This document shows positions 62,660-64,000 of a DNA stretch of 64,000 bases, in pieces. A model generated the notes under the pieces. It was not told where the DNA came from. It searched no databases and saw nothing but the letters and a program-made list of their open reading frames with translations. Each line of letters opens with the position of its first letter. The first letter of the stretch is position 1. A program made the translations under genes and the position numbers. Location of the stretch: positions 17,362,001 to 17,426,000 of the forward strand of contig NC_086109.1 of the NCBI RefSeq assembly GCF_963921235.1, written 5' to 3'. Source of the stretch: Mobula hypostoma. Taxonomy: Eukaryota.

Positions 62660-63040
62660 ACATCTCCTTGTCACGATGGGAAATGTTTGTGAGTTCCAAA
62701 GGTCCCGAGAGTGATACCGCCTGCAGTTTAGCCATCTGGTGATTAGCTCCTGGTAGAGTCACTCATGGTGGTAAGGTCAAGGGGAAGGTTCCAATTAAAG
62801 AGCCATCCAACCAAAACATTAACGGTAGAGTTGGAAAAAGTTGATGACGCAACACAACGGTGGTGAACGTGGAGAATCCCCAGTTGTTTTGTATTTTATA
62901 TCACGGGACCCTGACCCTGATCTGTCAAGGACCATGTGTGGTGGCTGCCCATGCGTCAGCCTCCCCACGTTAAGCAAAGTCGCGCATGGGCACTCTCCAT
63001 CAAGGAGCAACCCTGGAGGAGAACTTCATTCTTGACTCGA
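62660..63040 (+). mobile_element. RTE 5'-UTR-like non-coding repeat
   Basis: Homologous to 35068-35440 (TTAGCTCCTGGTAG.GTCAC.CATGGTGGT.AGGTCAA ... CTGTCAA.GACCATGTG.TGGCTGCCCATG). Confidence 0.55.
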
Positions 63041-64000
63041 GTGATTCTACACAGAATCACTGCACAGAAAGGATGCGGGGGGGGGGGCATAAAAAAAATA
63101 CTGCAGTTGACTGAGAAATCACTCCGTCTATGTACCAAAGGGTTTTATTTCTACACATACATTAAAATCATTCCCTTGTGGCCCCAAATGTTACTGGCAT
63201 ACGTCTCCTTCTCATAGTCACTTCTGCCTCTATTCTCATGCAAGGCATGTCTACCCTGTCAATTCTTTAAAAGCCTCTTTTAAGTCACAATCCTTTAAAA
63301 AAAAAGACCCCAGTTCATCTAGTGTTTCCACCATGCAAACCTCTCTGTTCTGATATCATACCTAAAAATGTTCTCTGGAATCCGCTCAGTATCCTTCTAG
63401 CCTGTGAAGAGCACAATTTACATATTAATCTAAATTCCACGCACATTTAACATAATTTCTCTGTTTTTTCAAGTTTTCAAATTTCTCTGGAATTTCTGGA
63501 AATGAACCCCACTGTCATATTCTTTTTAATGTTCCCATTCAGAACAATTCTGTAGTTTATGATTTTAGATGCTGTTGTTCCTCCAGCTTTTTTTTAACCC
63601 GTATTTTCAGCAGACTGAGTGACATCCTAATAAAGGTCATGTGGGTTAAGTTTTAAGTGGGGCCAGTTCTGTAAAATATGCCATGTATGGCTTTTCCGAT
63701 GTTGTAACATTGAATCCAAGTCTAAATTCAGACAGTCCTGAACAATCACCACCCACCCCGCTTCCCCATCTGGTGAAGATGACCTCCGTGGTTTGGAATG
63801 TCACAGGCTTTAAATTCTCCACGGCTTCCTGTGAAAACCCTTATCAGTGCTGAGTGTGGAGAGCATTACGGGAAGTTGTTGGTCAGCCTCTTCCAGAACG
63901 TTATGCAATGCTCGCCATCACCACTCCCAACCCCCCGCCCCGAATTGTGTTCACTTTACTCATGCGAAGTTCAAAAATTCTACAAACACACGCGGCATTA

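Noticed and set aside
62653..62695. CTGATGA...GAAA hammerhead-like string
   Set aside because: Stem II is plausible but stem I cannot be formed convincingly, and the motif is not seen in the homologous copy at ~35070.
50300..64000. Exons of a neighbouring gene (NUAK2 lies next to TMCC2 in mammals) or conserved enhancers in the TE-poor stretches ~50.3-51.8, 59.3-60.05 and 62.2-62.6 kb
   Set aside because: No kinase-like or otherwise recognisable coding sequence was found, and conservation cannot be judged without alignments.
1..64000. Prokaryotic systems (CRISPR arrays, retrons, operons)
   Set aside because: The sequence is a spliced vertebrate locus. There are no regularly spaced direct repeats, and all RTs belong to eukaryotic retroelements.

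Overview
This is eukaryotic (vertebrate) genomic DNA, most likely a cartilaginous fish (shark or ray), inferred from the repeat landscape of CR1/HER1-like LINEs, V-SINE-like elements and Penelope-derived repeats. The + strand carries the 3' part of TMCC2: four coding exons at 3169-3514, 5961-6549, 23857-23992 and 29155-29466, joined by phase-consistent GT-AG introns. A long, repeat-poor putative 3' UTR follows, to about 34.9 kb. The rest is a dense, nested mosaic of CR1, Rex1/Babar, L1/Tx1, RTE-derived, Penelope-like, Vingi/Ingi-like, LTR, Tc1/mariner and hAT elements. The most notable observations are RNA catalysts on retroelements. (1) A full-length, TSD-flanked Vingi/Ingi-like LINE (45806-48831, -) begins with 61 nt that fit a complete HDV/CPEB3-like double-pseudoknot ribozyme, starting at the element boundary. 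(2) Penelope-like elements carry minimal hammerhead motifs, including an ORF-less, TSD-flanked ~305 bp near-perfect hairpin with one hammerhead on each strand (49676-49980). All family assignments come from motif recognition by eye; no database searches or folding programs were run.
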